A stretch of 61,090 nucleotides of DNA, counting the filler, from Aduncisulcus paluster (lineage: Eukaryota), in the NCBI GenBank assembly GCA_024181965.1. It is 12 parts of 12 records of this genome, joined end to end, with 100 filler letters (N's around TTAATTAATTAA, not from the genome) between each part and the next. Parts side by side here need not be neighbours in the genome. Positions count along the whole stretch, not along the records: positions 44,411 to 49,574 come from BQXS01011122.1; positions 49,675 to 57,033 come from BQXS01011123.1; 10 more parts are not named here. One strand, written 5' to 3'. Shown piece after piece: positions 44,411-54,700 of the stretch; position 1 is the first letter of the stretch; every line of letters starts with the position of its first letter. The translations under genes were made by a program, and so were the position numbers. The notes beneath the pieces were generated by a model. The model saw only the letters and a list, made by a program, of their open reading frames with translations, ran no database searches and had not been told where the DNA came from.

Positions 44411-46411
44411 CATGAGCATTATATTAAAGCTATTGACAAGATCCTCGCTGACCCTACCATCACTGCCCACACCATCTCTGGTACTCTGAAGACTGGTGCC
44501 CAAGAACACTTCTACCTTGAGACACACACTGCTCTTGTTGTGCCCCATGACAGCATGGGAGATGTTGAGGTTTATACGACCACACAAAACACTACTGTCA
44601 CTCAACAAATGTGTGCACGTGTTCTTGGCATTGACATGTGTCGTGTGAGTGTCGGTGTGAGGAGACTTGGAGGAGCTTTTGGAGGGAAAGAAGCAGTGTT
44701 TAACTACACTTGTGCCGCGGCCGTTGCTGCTCAGAAGACTGGAAGACCCGTGTTCTTTGCTCTAGACCGAAAGGATGACACTGCATACTCTGGGAAAAAG
44801 CATCCCATGAACATTTATTACACCATTGGATGTGATTCCAAGGGTAAATTGACCGGTATCAAGGTTGATGTGTATGGAAATGGTGGTTACAGCCTTGATT
44901 TGAGTCGTGCTGTGTGTGAACGTGCTCTTCTACACATTGACAATGCTTATTATTTCCCTCATGTATACATCAGAGGAACGATGTGCAAGACAAACCTCCC
45001 CACAAACACTGCATTCAGAGGATTTGGAGCTCCTCAGACGTTGCTAGCTGTGGAAGAGGCTATGGAAAAACTCAGCATGGAAGCAGGAATTGACGTTGTT
45101 GACTTCAAGCGTCGTAATTTATATACAGAGGGCCAACTTACTCACTATGGAATGTCAGTGAATGGGACCTCCAATCTTCATGAATCTTGGGACAAATTGA
45201 TGCACAGTGCTGCTGTTGTGTCTCGTCGGAGAGCTGTCGCCGAGTTCAATGCCACCAACAGATTCATCAAGCGTGGAATCGGTGTGAGTCCTCTCAAGTT
45301 CGGTGTGGCTTTCTCTCAGACATTTTTGAACCAAGGAATGTCCCTTATTCATATCTACAAGGATGGCACTGTCCTGGTCTCACACGGTGGTATTGAGATG
45401 GGTCAAGGTGTTCACACGAAGATCCAACAGATTGTTGCTGATGAACTCCATGTTCCTCTGTCCTTTGTTCACATCAAAGAGAGCAAAACCGATTGTGTTC
45501 CCAACGCTTCCCCTACATCCGCCTCTACTGGCTCAGATATCAATGGAATGGCCGCCAAGCATGCCGCTGCTACCTTGTGGCAGCGTATCCTCCCATATGT
45601 CAAGGCTGAGCGTGAGAAGAGAAGCCTGAATGTTGATAATCCCATGTTTGTTCCCCGTGATATCGGCTTTGAGAGCGACCACCCTGAGGAGACCGATGAT
45701 GAATGTCTTGGTCTTGCCTCTGATTTCGATAGTGGCAGTTGGAGAAGTGCCATTGTTTCTGCTTGGTTTGCTCGTGTGTGTTTGTCGTGTCAAAGTTTCT
45801 ATCGTATTCCCATCAGTGGATACAGCTTCGTATCTGGGAAAGGTATTCCTTTCTCTTATTTCTCATTCGGGTGTGCAGTCTGTGAGGTGGAAATTGATAC
45901 TAGAACTGGACAAATGAGCAACGTGAGAACTGATATTATATTCGATGCTGGGAAGTCGTTGAATCCTGCCATCGATATTGGTCAGGTCGAGGGAGCATTC
46001 GTTCAAGGAATGGGATGGATTACAATGGAACAGATGGTCCAAATCGAACAACCTGGAAAAGACGGCAAAGGATCGGTTGATACCGGAAAGATTCTTTCGT
46101 CTGGACCTGGTAATTACAAAATCCCTGGAGCTCTCGATATCCCCCGTGACTTCAGGGTTTCTCTTCTCCCCCATTCTCTCAATCCCCTTGCTGTGAATAG
46201 ATCCAAGGGGGTTGGAGAGCCTCCTCTATGTTTGGCTGTTGTTGTCTATTGTGCTGTCCGTGATGCGGTCAGAAGTGCCAGGCAAAGTCATGGCACAAAG
46301 GGAGACTTTGACTTGAGAGTGCCAACAACCATGGAAAGTATTCGTCTCTGTTGTTCAGATTTCGTAACAGATCTTTATGGCTTATCTGATGAGAGAAGCA
46401 TTTCCAAATGA
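44411..46411 (+). CDS. XDH: Xanthine dehydrogenase/oxidase, molybdopterin-binding C-terminal portion (5'-truncated)
   Basis: Open from the contig start. QEHFYLE, GGAFGGKE, AFRGFGAPQ, GGIEMGQG, SLNPAIDIGQVEGAFVQG and SKGVGEPP. The Glu (GGKE), Arg (FRGFG) and catalytic Glu (GEPP) typical of XDH are retained. Confidence 0.93.
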   Translation, partial: HEHYIKAIDKILADPTITAHTISGTLKTGAQEHFYLETHTALVVPHDSMGDVEVYTTTQNTTVTQQMCARVLGIDMCRVSVGVRRLGGAFGGKEAVFNYTCAAAVAAQKTGRPVFFALDRKDDTAYSGKKHPMNIYYTIGCDSKGKLTGIKVDVYGNGGYSLDLSRAVCERALLHIDNAYYFPHVYIRGTMCKTNLPTNTAFRGFGAPQTLLAVEEAMEKLSMEAGIDVVDFKRRNLYTEGQLTHYGMSVNGTSNLHESWDKLMHSAAVVSRRRAVAEFNATNRFIKRGIGVSPLKFGVAFSQTFLNQGMSLIHIYKDGTVLVSHGGIEMGQGVHTKIQQIVADELHVPLSFVHIKESKTDCVPNASPTSASTGSDINGMAAKHAAATLWQRILPYVKAEREKRSLNVDNPMFVPRDIGFESDHPEETDDECLGLASDFDSGSWRSAIVSAWFARVCLSCQSFYRIPISGYSFVSGKGIPFSYFSFGCAVCEVEIDTRTGQMSNVRTDIIFDAGKSLNPAIDIGQVEGAFVQGMGWITMEQMVQIEQPGKDGKGSVDTGKILSSGPGNYKIPGALDIPRDFRVSLLPHSLNPLAVNRSKGVGEPPLCLAVVVYCAVRDAVRSARQSHGTKGDFDLRVPTTMESIRLCCSDFVTDLYGLSDERSISK

Positions 46412-46685
46412 AATTCAGATCTTTAACTTTTATTTCACTTCAATCTGATTTTAATTTTATCATTTTATAGTAGCAACTACCAATACCCTTTATGGGATAC
46501 CTTTATTTATCAATAAATTTCGATAACAACAGCAAATTTATGTTTTTTTTGTAAACTATTTTAAATATTAAACCCTTCCAAAAAAATCACAATTTTTTGT
46601 AATACAATGTGGTTGTATGGTTGAATTATCATTTATAAATATAAATTTCGTAAAGATCCGAGAGAAAATCAAATTTTCATAAATT

Positions 46686-46757
46686 TGCCGAGACGGAGAA
46701 TTGAACTCCGATTTGCCGGACCACAACCGGCTGTAATGGCCATTATACTATCTCAGC
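46686..46757 (-). tRNA. tRNA-His (GTG)
   Basis: Acceptor stem GCTGAGA/TCTCGGC, anticodon stem GCCGG/CCGGC with loop TTGTGGT, T arm CGGAG-TTCAATT-CTCCG, discriminator A. No intron and no encoded CCA. Confidence 0.93.
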
Positions 46758-47179
46758 ATGACAGAAAATTTTATGAAATATATAAAATAATTTAATTTCA
46801 AAAAATTCAATCATTGTCATATATCAGTCCATATAAAGTATTACCAAGACAATAAAAATAAAAAAACGTCGCCATTTATTGTGATATTTTTAATCAAACA
46901 AAGCCTGCTATTTTGGAATCATAAATCCAAAAATATAAAACGGCATAATAGGTGAACTAATAAGGATAAAAATATTCAAGATGAGGAATGAAGGTAAAAA
47001 TAAATCTAAGAGTTAAACAAAGACAATCTCATCTTCTCGGAAAAATATGCACATATAACGAAATAAATAACGATTGTCAATTATCAAAGTCGTGAAATAA
47101 TAATAAAACATGCGAATAAATAATAATAATAATAATAATAATAATATAAAAAAAAAAAAAAAAAAAAAAACCCTCAACA

Positions 47180-48706
47180 TCATGCAAGACCATACCCCAT
47201 CGAAAGAACATTATCAGTGCTTGGTCTTCCCGCATCATCCAATACACTGCTTCCTATGAGCTGATCTGTCTCAACAACATACTGGGGAACTGAAATATCC
47301 ACCTGTGTTTGATCTTGAGGTCCACACACAACACAGGAACCAAGCCCCGAAGGCTTGGCAGGTGGGGGAGTTGGTTCACTGATGCCAGAATACAGCGGTG
47401 GTTGGAATGGCTCATCTGGTTCATACATTGCCTTGTCTTTCTCTTGCATGGCCACAGGCATCGATGGTGGAGCTTCCCCCGAAGTGGCATGTTCATACAC
47501 TTTGCCAGCACCCCCACCAGCAGTATAAACAACTTGGGGAACAGCACGAATGGACTCCAGATAACGTCTATCAGCGAGACAAAGGTTAGAACACTCCATT
47601 TGTTCGCTGTCAGTGAACACAGTCTTCACAAGAGTTCGATCAGCGTGAGTAGAAAACATGCGATAGATTGCTTCGAACCAAAAACCTTGACCGGTGCAAA
47701 AGGCAAAGAAAAAGAGAACATTGGGCAAAACCACGTTGCTTCCACCACATATAGCGTAAATCATCGGATGTTTGGCAAATTTAGTCCTTTCCCGGGAATA
47801 AACGGATGAAACTTCAGAAACAATCTCATCATTGAGCTCTTGGTAATTCACAGATACAGCATCCGGACCAGTCTGTTGGGAGTATGATACGGGGGGTGCG
47901 ATCGGCGCTGGGGGTCTAAATTTATCGGCAAGAAATTTAAAATCGAGTTTGGCACCAGGTACAGCTTTAGTAACGATTACATCGGTGTGAACATCTCTAA
48001 ATTTATGTTCAGCATATAATTGTAGCCGTCTAGCATCAACATCGCGAGCCATTAAGGACGAGAGCTGAACATCGACAGTGACGTGAACACTTCCCATGTC
48101 ACAAGCTCCAGCAACATCTTCCCAAGACACTCCTCCACCACGTGACCTTGTCTCACCCTTTAGTGCAAGAACTAATGATCTGTCAATCCAATGTGAAATC
48201 AAAAAGGGATACGACATTCGGAATGTGACCACTTTCTCTGTATGAGTCTCTCGCTCAACCCGGGTTCGCCCTTCGGAATCTGTCACTGTCCTGGTTGTTG
48301 TATGTGTTTCATAGTGATAACATTCGACGGTGTGATGGATAGTTGGTTCTGCCATAATGGATTGTAACATTACATCAGTTCCATCAATATCATCCCCAAC
48401 ATAGGAACGAAGAAGACGAGCAAATGGATTAAAAATCATAAAAAATACATAAATCATCAATGTTAAAACAGGATACATGATGTAAAAAAAAATTCCATAA
48501 TAACATCCAAGAGTGAAGCCGAGCATAATAGCAATCAATATCGAGCAAATCAGATTAGATATTGTCGGAAACTTATGATATGAACCCGAAGACTTCTGGT
48601 TTTGTCCCGATTTTATCACTGCAACAATACAGAAAATAATATTCCCGGAATTTAAAATAAGTGCATCGATAGCGCCAGCTGCAGCACTACTATGAATTAA
48701 TCCCAT
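47180..48706 (-). CDS. TMEM151-like membrane protein
   Basis: Three N-terminal hydrophobic helices, then P.IHHTVECYHYETHTTTRTVTD.EG......HTEKVVT....F....W.D.S, which resembles the conserved TMEM151 core (CYHY motif). Confidence 0.65.
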   Translation of the reverse strand: MGLIHSSAAAGAIDALILNSGNIIFCIVAVIKSGQNQKSSGSYHKFPTISNLICSILIAIMLGFTLGCYYGIFFYIMYPVLTLMIYVFFMIFNPFARLLRSYVGDDIDGTDVMLQSIMAEPTIHHTVECYHYETHTTTRTVTDSEGRTRVERETHTEKVVTFRMSYPFLISHWIDRSLVLALKGETRSRGGGVSWEDVAGACDMGSVHVTVDVQLSSLMARDVDARRLQLYAEHKFRDVHTDVIVTKAVPGAKLDFKFLADKFRPPAPIAPPVSYSQQTGPDAVSVNYQELNDEIVSEVSSVYSRERTKFAKHPMIYAICGGSNVVLPNVLFFFAFCTGQGFWFEAIYRMFSTHADRTLVKTVFTDSEQMECSNLCLADRRYLESIRAVPQVVYTAGGGAGKVYEHATSGEAPPSMPVAMQEKDKAMYEPDEPFQPPLYSGISEPTPPPAKPSGLGSCVVCGPQDQTQVDISVPQYVVETDQLIGSSVLDDAGRPSTDNVLSMGYGLA

Positions 48707-49326
48707 GTGATAATGAAAAAAGATATAAAAATAATTTATAATATCTCACCAAAAGCGACTCTCAGGGAACTTGAGGGAATAAAAGAATTCTTCTCGTGAT
48801 TTAGCTCTCAAAATTGATATATCTTGGATCATATTCATGATAGATCAAATAATTTATTGGATAAATTCTATTCTGCAGTTCAAGTATTCAACGTTTATTC
48901 AGTGAAAATTGTGTAGATAAATAAATTTAATATGTAAAAACCGTCAAAAAATCTCGAAATGGCTTGAATACTAGCAACAATCGGGGACAACATTATTTTG
49001 TCATCGCATGACAAAAAATAAGTCTGTAAAGTTCACACCTTGAAGGCAAAAATAAATAATTGGACCAAAATTGCAGTTATCCATGATTCAAAAAATACGT
49101 TAATTTAATGATAATTTCAATGATGTATTAATAATTTAAACGAAATCCGAAATATCATGGATTATTGGAGTACAGAGAAAATACAAAAAACAACAACAGT
49201 GGCAAGCAAAGCATTATAAATAGATACTAACAAACAAATAATAATAAAACTTGAAATGGTTGGAGTAAATAATAATAATAATAATCATAAACAGCGCTAT
49301 AAATTAATAATTCAGTAATTAATAAT

Positions 49327-49572
49327 TTAGACCTCGATTCCATCTTTCGGACAACCCTTCTTGTGGAAGATCTTCCTTACCTTTCTTGCGGCACACCCAT
49401 AAATCTTATTCTGGGACAAGTTGACTCGGGTCATCTTTGGGGAACAGATGGAACATATTCTGGTCGCGGAAGCAATCGACAAAACGTTGGAACGCAGACT
49501 GAGACTTGCAATCTCAGAAACATCATCAGCAATATCTTCAGAGACACCTTCAGAGACACCTTCAGAGGTATC
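49327..49572 (-). CDS. C-terminal fragment of a leucine-rich-repeat protein
   Basis: The frame is open from the linker: ...IASLSLRSNVL...MTRVNLSQNKIYG...EV-stop. Two LxxLxLxxN units. Not listed in the ORF track. Confidence 0.55.
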   Translation of the reverse strand, partial: DTSEGVSEGVSEDIADDVSEIASLSLRSNVLSIASATRICSICSPKMTRVNLSQNKIYGCAARKVRKIFHKKGCPKDGIEV

Positions 49573-49674
49573 TTNNNNNNNNNNNNNNNNNNNNNNNNNN
49601 NNNNNNNNNNNNNNNNNNTTAATTAATTAANNNNNNNNNNNNNNNNNNNNNNNNNNNNNNNNNNNNNNNNNNNN

Positions 49675-51266
49675 TCAGACTCCTTCCTCCACTCTCCAGG
49701 CTTGTCGTGCTCGCTAAGAGAGATGCAACGCGGCACACTCATCCGTTTCACCTCACACCCTCGCAGAGTCTTCACCATATCCGCACACACGATCCTTGGC
49801 TTCGTCGATACACCTTGGAACTCGTCATCACATGAACCAGACGAAGACATGGGCGGGAAGGCAACCGTCTTCGAGAGATGATGTCTTGGCTTTCCTCGCA
49901 TCCGCTTAGTGCCGAGAGTGTGCGTTTGGGAGGACAGTTTCTTTTGCTTGAGGGTCCGTGAATCAATCAAAGGGTTGTCGAGCGCATGCTTAAGGGCGGA
50001 GAACAGACCGACAGTGTTCACATGACGGTACTTGGGATCAGGCCTCCACTCACTGTGCTCATGAACATACTTGAGCTGCTTCTCAAGCTCATTCAGCTCC
50101 TTTTCTCGCTCAACAGCAGTCGAACACACGCCATCAACATCGTCACGCACAGAGGGGCTGCCGGAGAACCTCCTTGATTCAACGCCTCTTTAATAGTACA
50201 TTTATGTTAAAAATAACAAATAACGCAATAAATTTCAATATATAGATATAATCTTAACACTATTTCTTAAATTTTCAGCAATTTACAGTAATTGAGCAAT
50301 TCCACTGATGGTTCCAACTTCTTCGTCTTCATCTTGGGTCATATCTTGAGAAATAGGTGCAAATAATTGAGATGGGGTCGGTGTGGCTGCCGAATATGAT
50401 CTGAAGGGACGCCCACCGAAAGAAGTATGATGCATCGATGCTCCGTGACTCGAACCTTTGCCACAGAACGATTGTGGAGAGAGCAAGGACGAGGATCCCA
50501 AGGAAAGACTTGGAGAAACAAAGAGAGATCTGGGTTGGCTCACATAAGTGTCAGTCAAATCCACATGGGAGTCCATTGAGAACGACAAGGCCAGAGGAGA
50601 CCTACTACCCGGAAGGGGCTGGGATAATGGAGACGATGCCGGTTGGGACATATATGGGGAACGAGAAGCCACAGGTTTCACCGATATGATTGGTTGCGAC
50701 CGCGACGAATATGGATCGGGCTTCACTTTTTTACACTCAATTCTTCTTTTGACGAGCTTAATTTTTCCTTCTGAGAGAATATATAATTGCCTCCGTGTGG
50801 GACGTAGACCAGCACGTACTTTTTTCAGTGCTGTGGGAATTCGTTGAAATTGGAAAGGAGTAATGGCATCAACCATTGCACCTTTCAAATTTGGAACTCG
50901 TTCCTCTTTTGTTAATGATGGAACCGCCGACAAAGCGCATAAAAACCCACTGGACATCTCTTCTTGTATGACGTCAACCGGAGGAGTGAACGTCTCTCGA
51001 TAATATGATCCCATGGGCGAATCGTCAATGAGGATTGGAGAATATGATCTAGATCTGCTAAAAGGTTCTAAAGGAGGGGCAGATTGGCATCTTGTTTCAA
51101 AAACAGCACTGCATTGTTGTTTTGTAGGTTTAAAAGATTTGAATCCTTGAAAAGTCATCTTATGAATTTTTTTGAGATCGCTATGATGTTTTTCCCCCGC
51201 CAAAAATCTCTTAGTACGATCTTTAGACGGAGGAATGTCTATTATTTTGAGGGGGGTGTCAACCAT
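49675..51266 (-). CDS. Hypothetical Ser/Pro-rich protein, probably two exons (51266-50287; 50187-49675), 3'-truncated
   Basis: An AT-rich 99-nt GTAAAT...AAG segment (50286-50188) joins the two ORFs in frame (IAQLL-GVESRRFSG). The downstream ORF has no ATG start of its own. The ATG at 51350 is an alternative start. Confidence 0.55.
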
Positions 51267-51752
51267 GTGATCAAAAAAGCAAAAACTATATAAATGCGCA
51301 AAATGTCTAAAATGTGCTTTGATTTGGGAGTTCGAGCATAAATTGTTCATTAAAATAACTAATTAGATGTAATATGCTCTTTTTATTTGCAATAAATCCT
51401 AAACTTTACCGATTGAGAAACCAAAAATGTTCTTCAACTCGCTCATAATGTTTCACAATTATTAGAAATAAAAAAAAGAGTTTACAGGAACAGATAAACA
51501 AATTTTTATTAAACTATCTTTTCTTAGTACAGTATTCAGTCAAATAGCGAGAGCAAACTGCTAGTTGTTGATATATAAGATAATATCACAATATTGACCA
51601 TATAGTCATAATATCAGAGTGATTTTATATTACCACCTATTTTACTTTTGGAAAAGCCTTTGTGTACGAATTAGAACACGCAACAACTTGTTTTGGGTAC
51701 AATTCCGCGGTAATCATAATAATACCCTGTAAAATCGAGTGTCATATAACCG

Positions 51753-54700
51753 ATGAAAGATAAAGAACCCGATTATTTTTGTGATGGAATAAGCGATAGC
51801 TTTATCAAATACTCTGTCGTTATATTGGAGGGAAAAGAAGATAAAGAACAACCTAAACCAAAGAATATTACCAATAACAAACGTAGAACCACGGAAAAAC
51901 CTATTGAAGCAAAAATATCTTCTCCAATTAAGAAACAGGCGCTCATTCAAGAATCTCATGTCGTTGAGCCACCTTCTCCCTCTCCCCCGAAAGAAATACC
52001 AAAGGAAATTGAAGAACCGTCACCAAAGCCTATAAAATCCCCCGTAGTACCAAAGAAAAAACAAAAGAAGCAGTATAATAACAAGAAAGCAACATCTATG
52101 ATAAAGGCAGGAAGGAAAAAGCTAGAATCTGAATATATATCATGTTTTCTTGCATATTTGCCTTTCAATAGGGCTATTTGGTTCAGCAAACGTCTTTCTA
52201 TTCTGCGTTGTCCAAAAATACGTATTTTGAATGATGATTCCTTGTTTTCTGTCATTCCACAGGAATCCATTAACATTATATTGCATTCATTGTTTAAAAA
52301 CATCAATTATCAACGCCCATTACTTAAAAATGAAACCGTTAAGACTCCCAAGAAGCGAGGAAGAGGTCGAGGTCGAGGAAGAAGCCCTATCGTTGGTACA
52401 CCCTCTTCTTCCCATGCTAACTTCCACTCTCGTTCCATATCCAGTCGTAGTTCCCACTTAGCCCTGTTTTCCTCCTTCCCCTCGCTTGAAGCTGTTGATA
52501 AGTTAAACATGCTGATTGCTCCACCTTTCTCCCCTCTTCCTTCACTTAGCCTTTCCTTTCCTCCCCTTCCTGTGCAGTTACCAGATATTGAAGATGAGAT
52601 TGATGAGTGGAAGAGTGCTTTGTATAAGAACTATCTCGATAAGGTTGAGGAGATCAAACATTCCACTGCCGCTCACAACATTGCCAATAGCAATGATATA
52701 AATGCTCCCTCAATACCTTTGGAGATCCCGAAGTTTGTTCTGCCCCTTCTCCCGACCTCTATGTCTTCAAAGCTCAACCAGAAGAAGACTTTTTCATCTA
52801 TGCTCCCGGCTGAGCTATTCTCTTCCATTTATAGGACTATTTTGCTATGCGGGAGGGGTGACGTAACCTTTTATAGTAATTTATTGGCCGCTGGAATATG
52901 TGGAACGTTATCAGAACTCTGGAAGGGTTCTATCATCGAGGACTGGGAAATAGAGTATCTAATCGATCCCAAATACTCTTCTAAAAGGTCTAGATCCAAG
53001 AAGAAAGAGAAAGGAGAGCAGAGTGCCGAAGAAGCGTTTGAAGAAAAGGAAGAGAAGGAAGAGAAGGAAGAGAGGAAAGAAGAAGAGGAAGAGGAAGATG
53101 AAAGTCCTCCATCGCCGTGCAGACTTGTAGATGAACACAGACTTGTAGATGAACAGCAATTGTATAGTATAGATTTAAAGAAAAAAGATCTTGGACAGAT
53201 ATCTGGACACGATCACAACAAACTTGCTACCGAGGATAATAATCCTTCTCATAATTCTATTTCTGTATCAGCTTCTTCTTCAGACATTCTCAATTCCAAA
53301 AATAGATTTCCAAATACGTTTATAAGTGATGAATCTGCCGCCATTGGTGTTCTTGGATCTCTACGAAGACTAGCAAAGACTCAGACACATTACGATTGTA
53401 TGCATCTTGCTGTTGCCACTATCTGTATTAATTCTGTCTTGAATGATCCGAATGGCATCCCTGACGTCTCTCTCGAAGGTGTTGTCCGAGGTGTGTACCG
53501 GGCTGAAGAAGAGAGAGAGGAGAGGGAGAGAGAAAAGAAGAAGAGGGAGAGAGAGAGAGAGGAAGAGAGAAGAGAAAGAGAAGAGGAGGAAGAAGAGGAA
53601 AGAAAAGAGAAGGAAGAGAAAGGAAAGGGAATTACTATCAGGCCAACCTTCTTCTTCTCTCTCTTCTTCCTCAGCATCAACTGAAACCTCATTATCGGAT
53701 ACCATTGGCTGTGAACCTTCAACCGTAGCCACTCAATCTGATGTCATTGATGATACTGAATCTGCTCTCATACAATCTCGAGTGAATCGAAACCTTGGTT
53801 TTACCCACTCAGTTTATGCCTTCGGAAGTACCTTAGAATCGTCTCTGTGTGAAATGAATCTTGGATTGCCAAATACTTATTATTATGACGGAGAGGAAGA
53901 GGAAGAAGAAGAAGAAGAGGAAGAGGAAGAGGAGGAAGAGGAAGAAGACGAAGAAGACGAAGAAGAACAAGAGGAAGAAGAAGACGAAGACGAAGACGAA
54001 GAATTAACAATGCAACAATATGTTGACAAAGTTCTTAAAAAAGACTCTGAAGAACTCTTAGAACTTTCCTCTAAATTGATATTACCGTCCACTTTATCTC
54101 CCAGGAAAAAGAAAGAGAAGAAAAACAAGAAGAAGAAATCCAAAGATATTCATGGACTTGAATCAGTTCTCTCTTCTTCTCTCTCTTCTTCCTCAGCATC
54201 AACTGAAACCTCATTATCGGATACCATTGGCTGTGAACCTTCAACCGTAGCCACTCAATCTGATGTCATTGATGATACTGAATCTGCTCTCATACAATCT
54301 CGAGTGAATCGAAACCTTGGTTTTACCCACTCAGTTTATGCCTTCGGAAGTACCTTAGAATCGTCTCTGTGTGAAATGAATCTTGGATTGCCAAATACTT
54401 ATTATTATGACGGAGAGGAAGAGGAAGAAGAAGAAGAAGAGGAAGAGGAAGAGGAGGAAGAGAAAGGAAAGGGAATTACTATCAGGCCAACCTTCTTCTT
54501 CTCTCTCTTCTTCCTCAGCATCAACTGAAACCTCATTATCGGATACCATTGGCTGTGAACCTTCAACCGTAGCCACTCAATCTGATGTCATTGATGATAC
54601 TGAATCTGCTCTCATACAATCTCGAGTGAATCGAAACCTTGGTTTTACCCACTCAGTTTATGCCTTCGGAAGTACCTTAGAATCGTCTCTGTGTGAAATG

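Noticed and set aside
47115-47170. (AAT)n plus A24 tract as a retroposon tail
   Set aside because: No element body or target-site duplication is evident. It lies immediately past the stop of the minus-strand gene and is treated as low-complexity 3' sequence.
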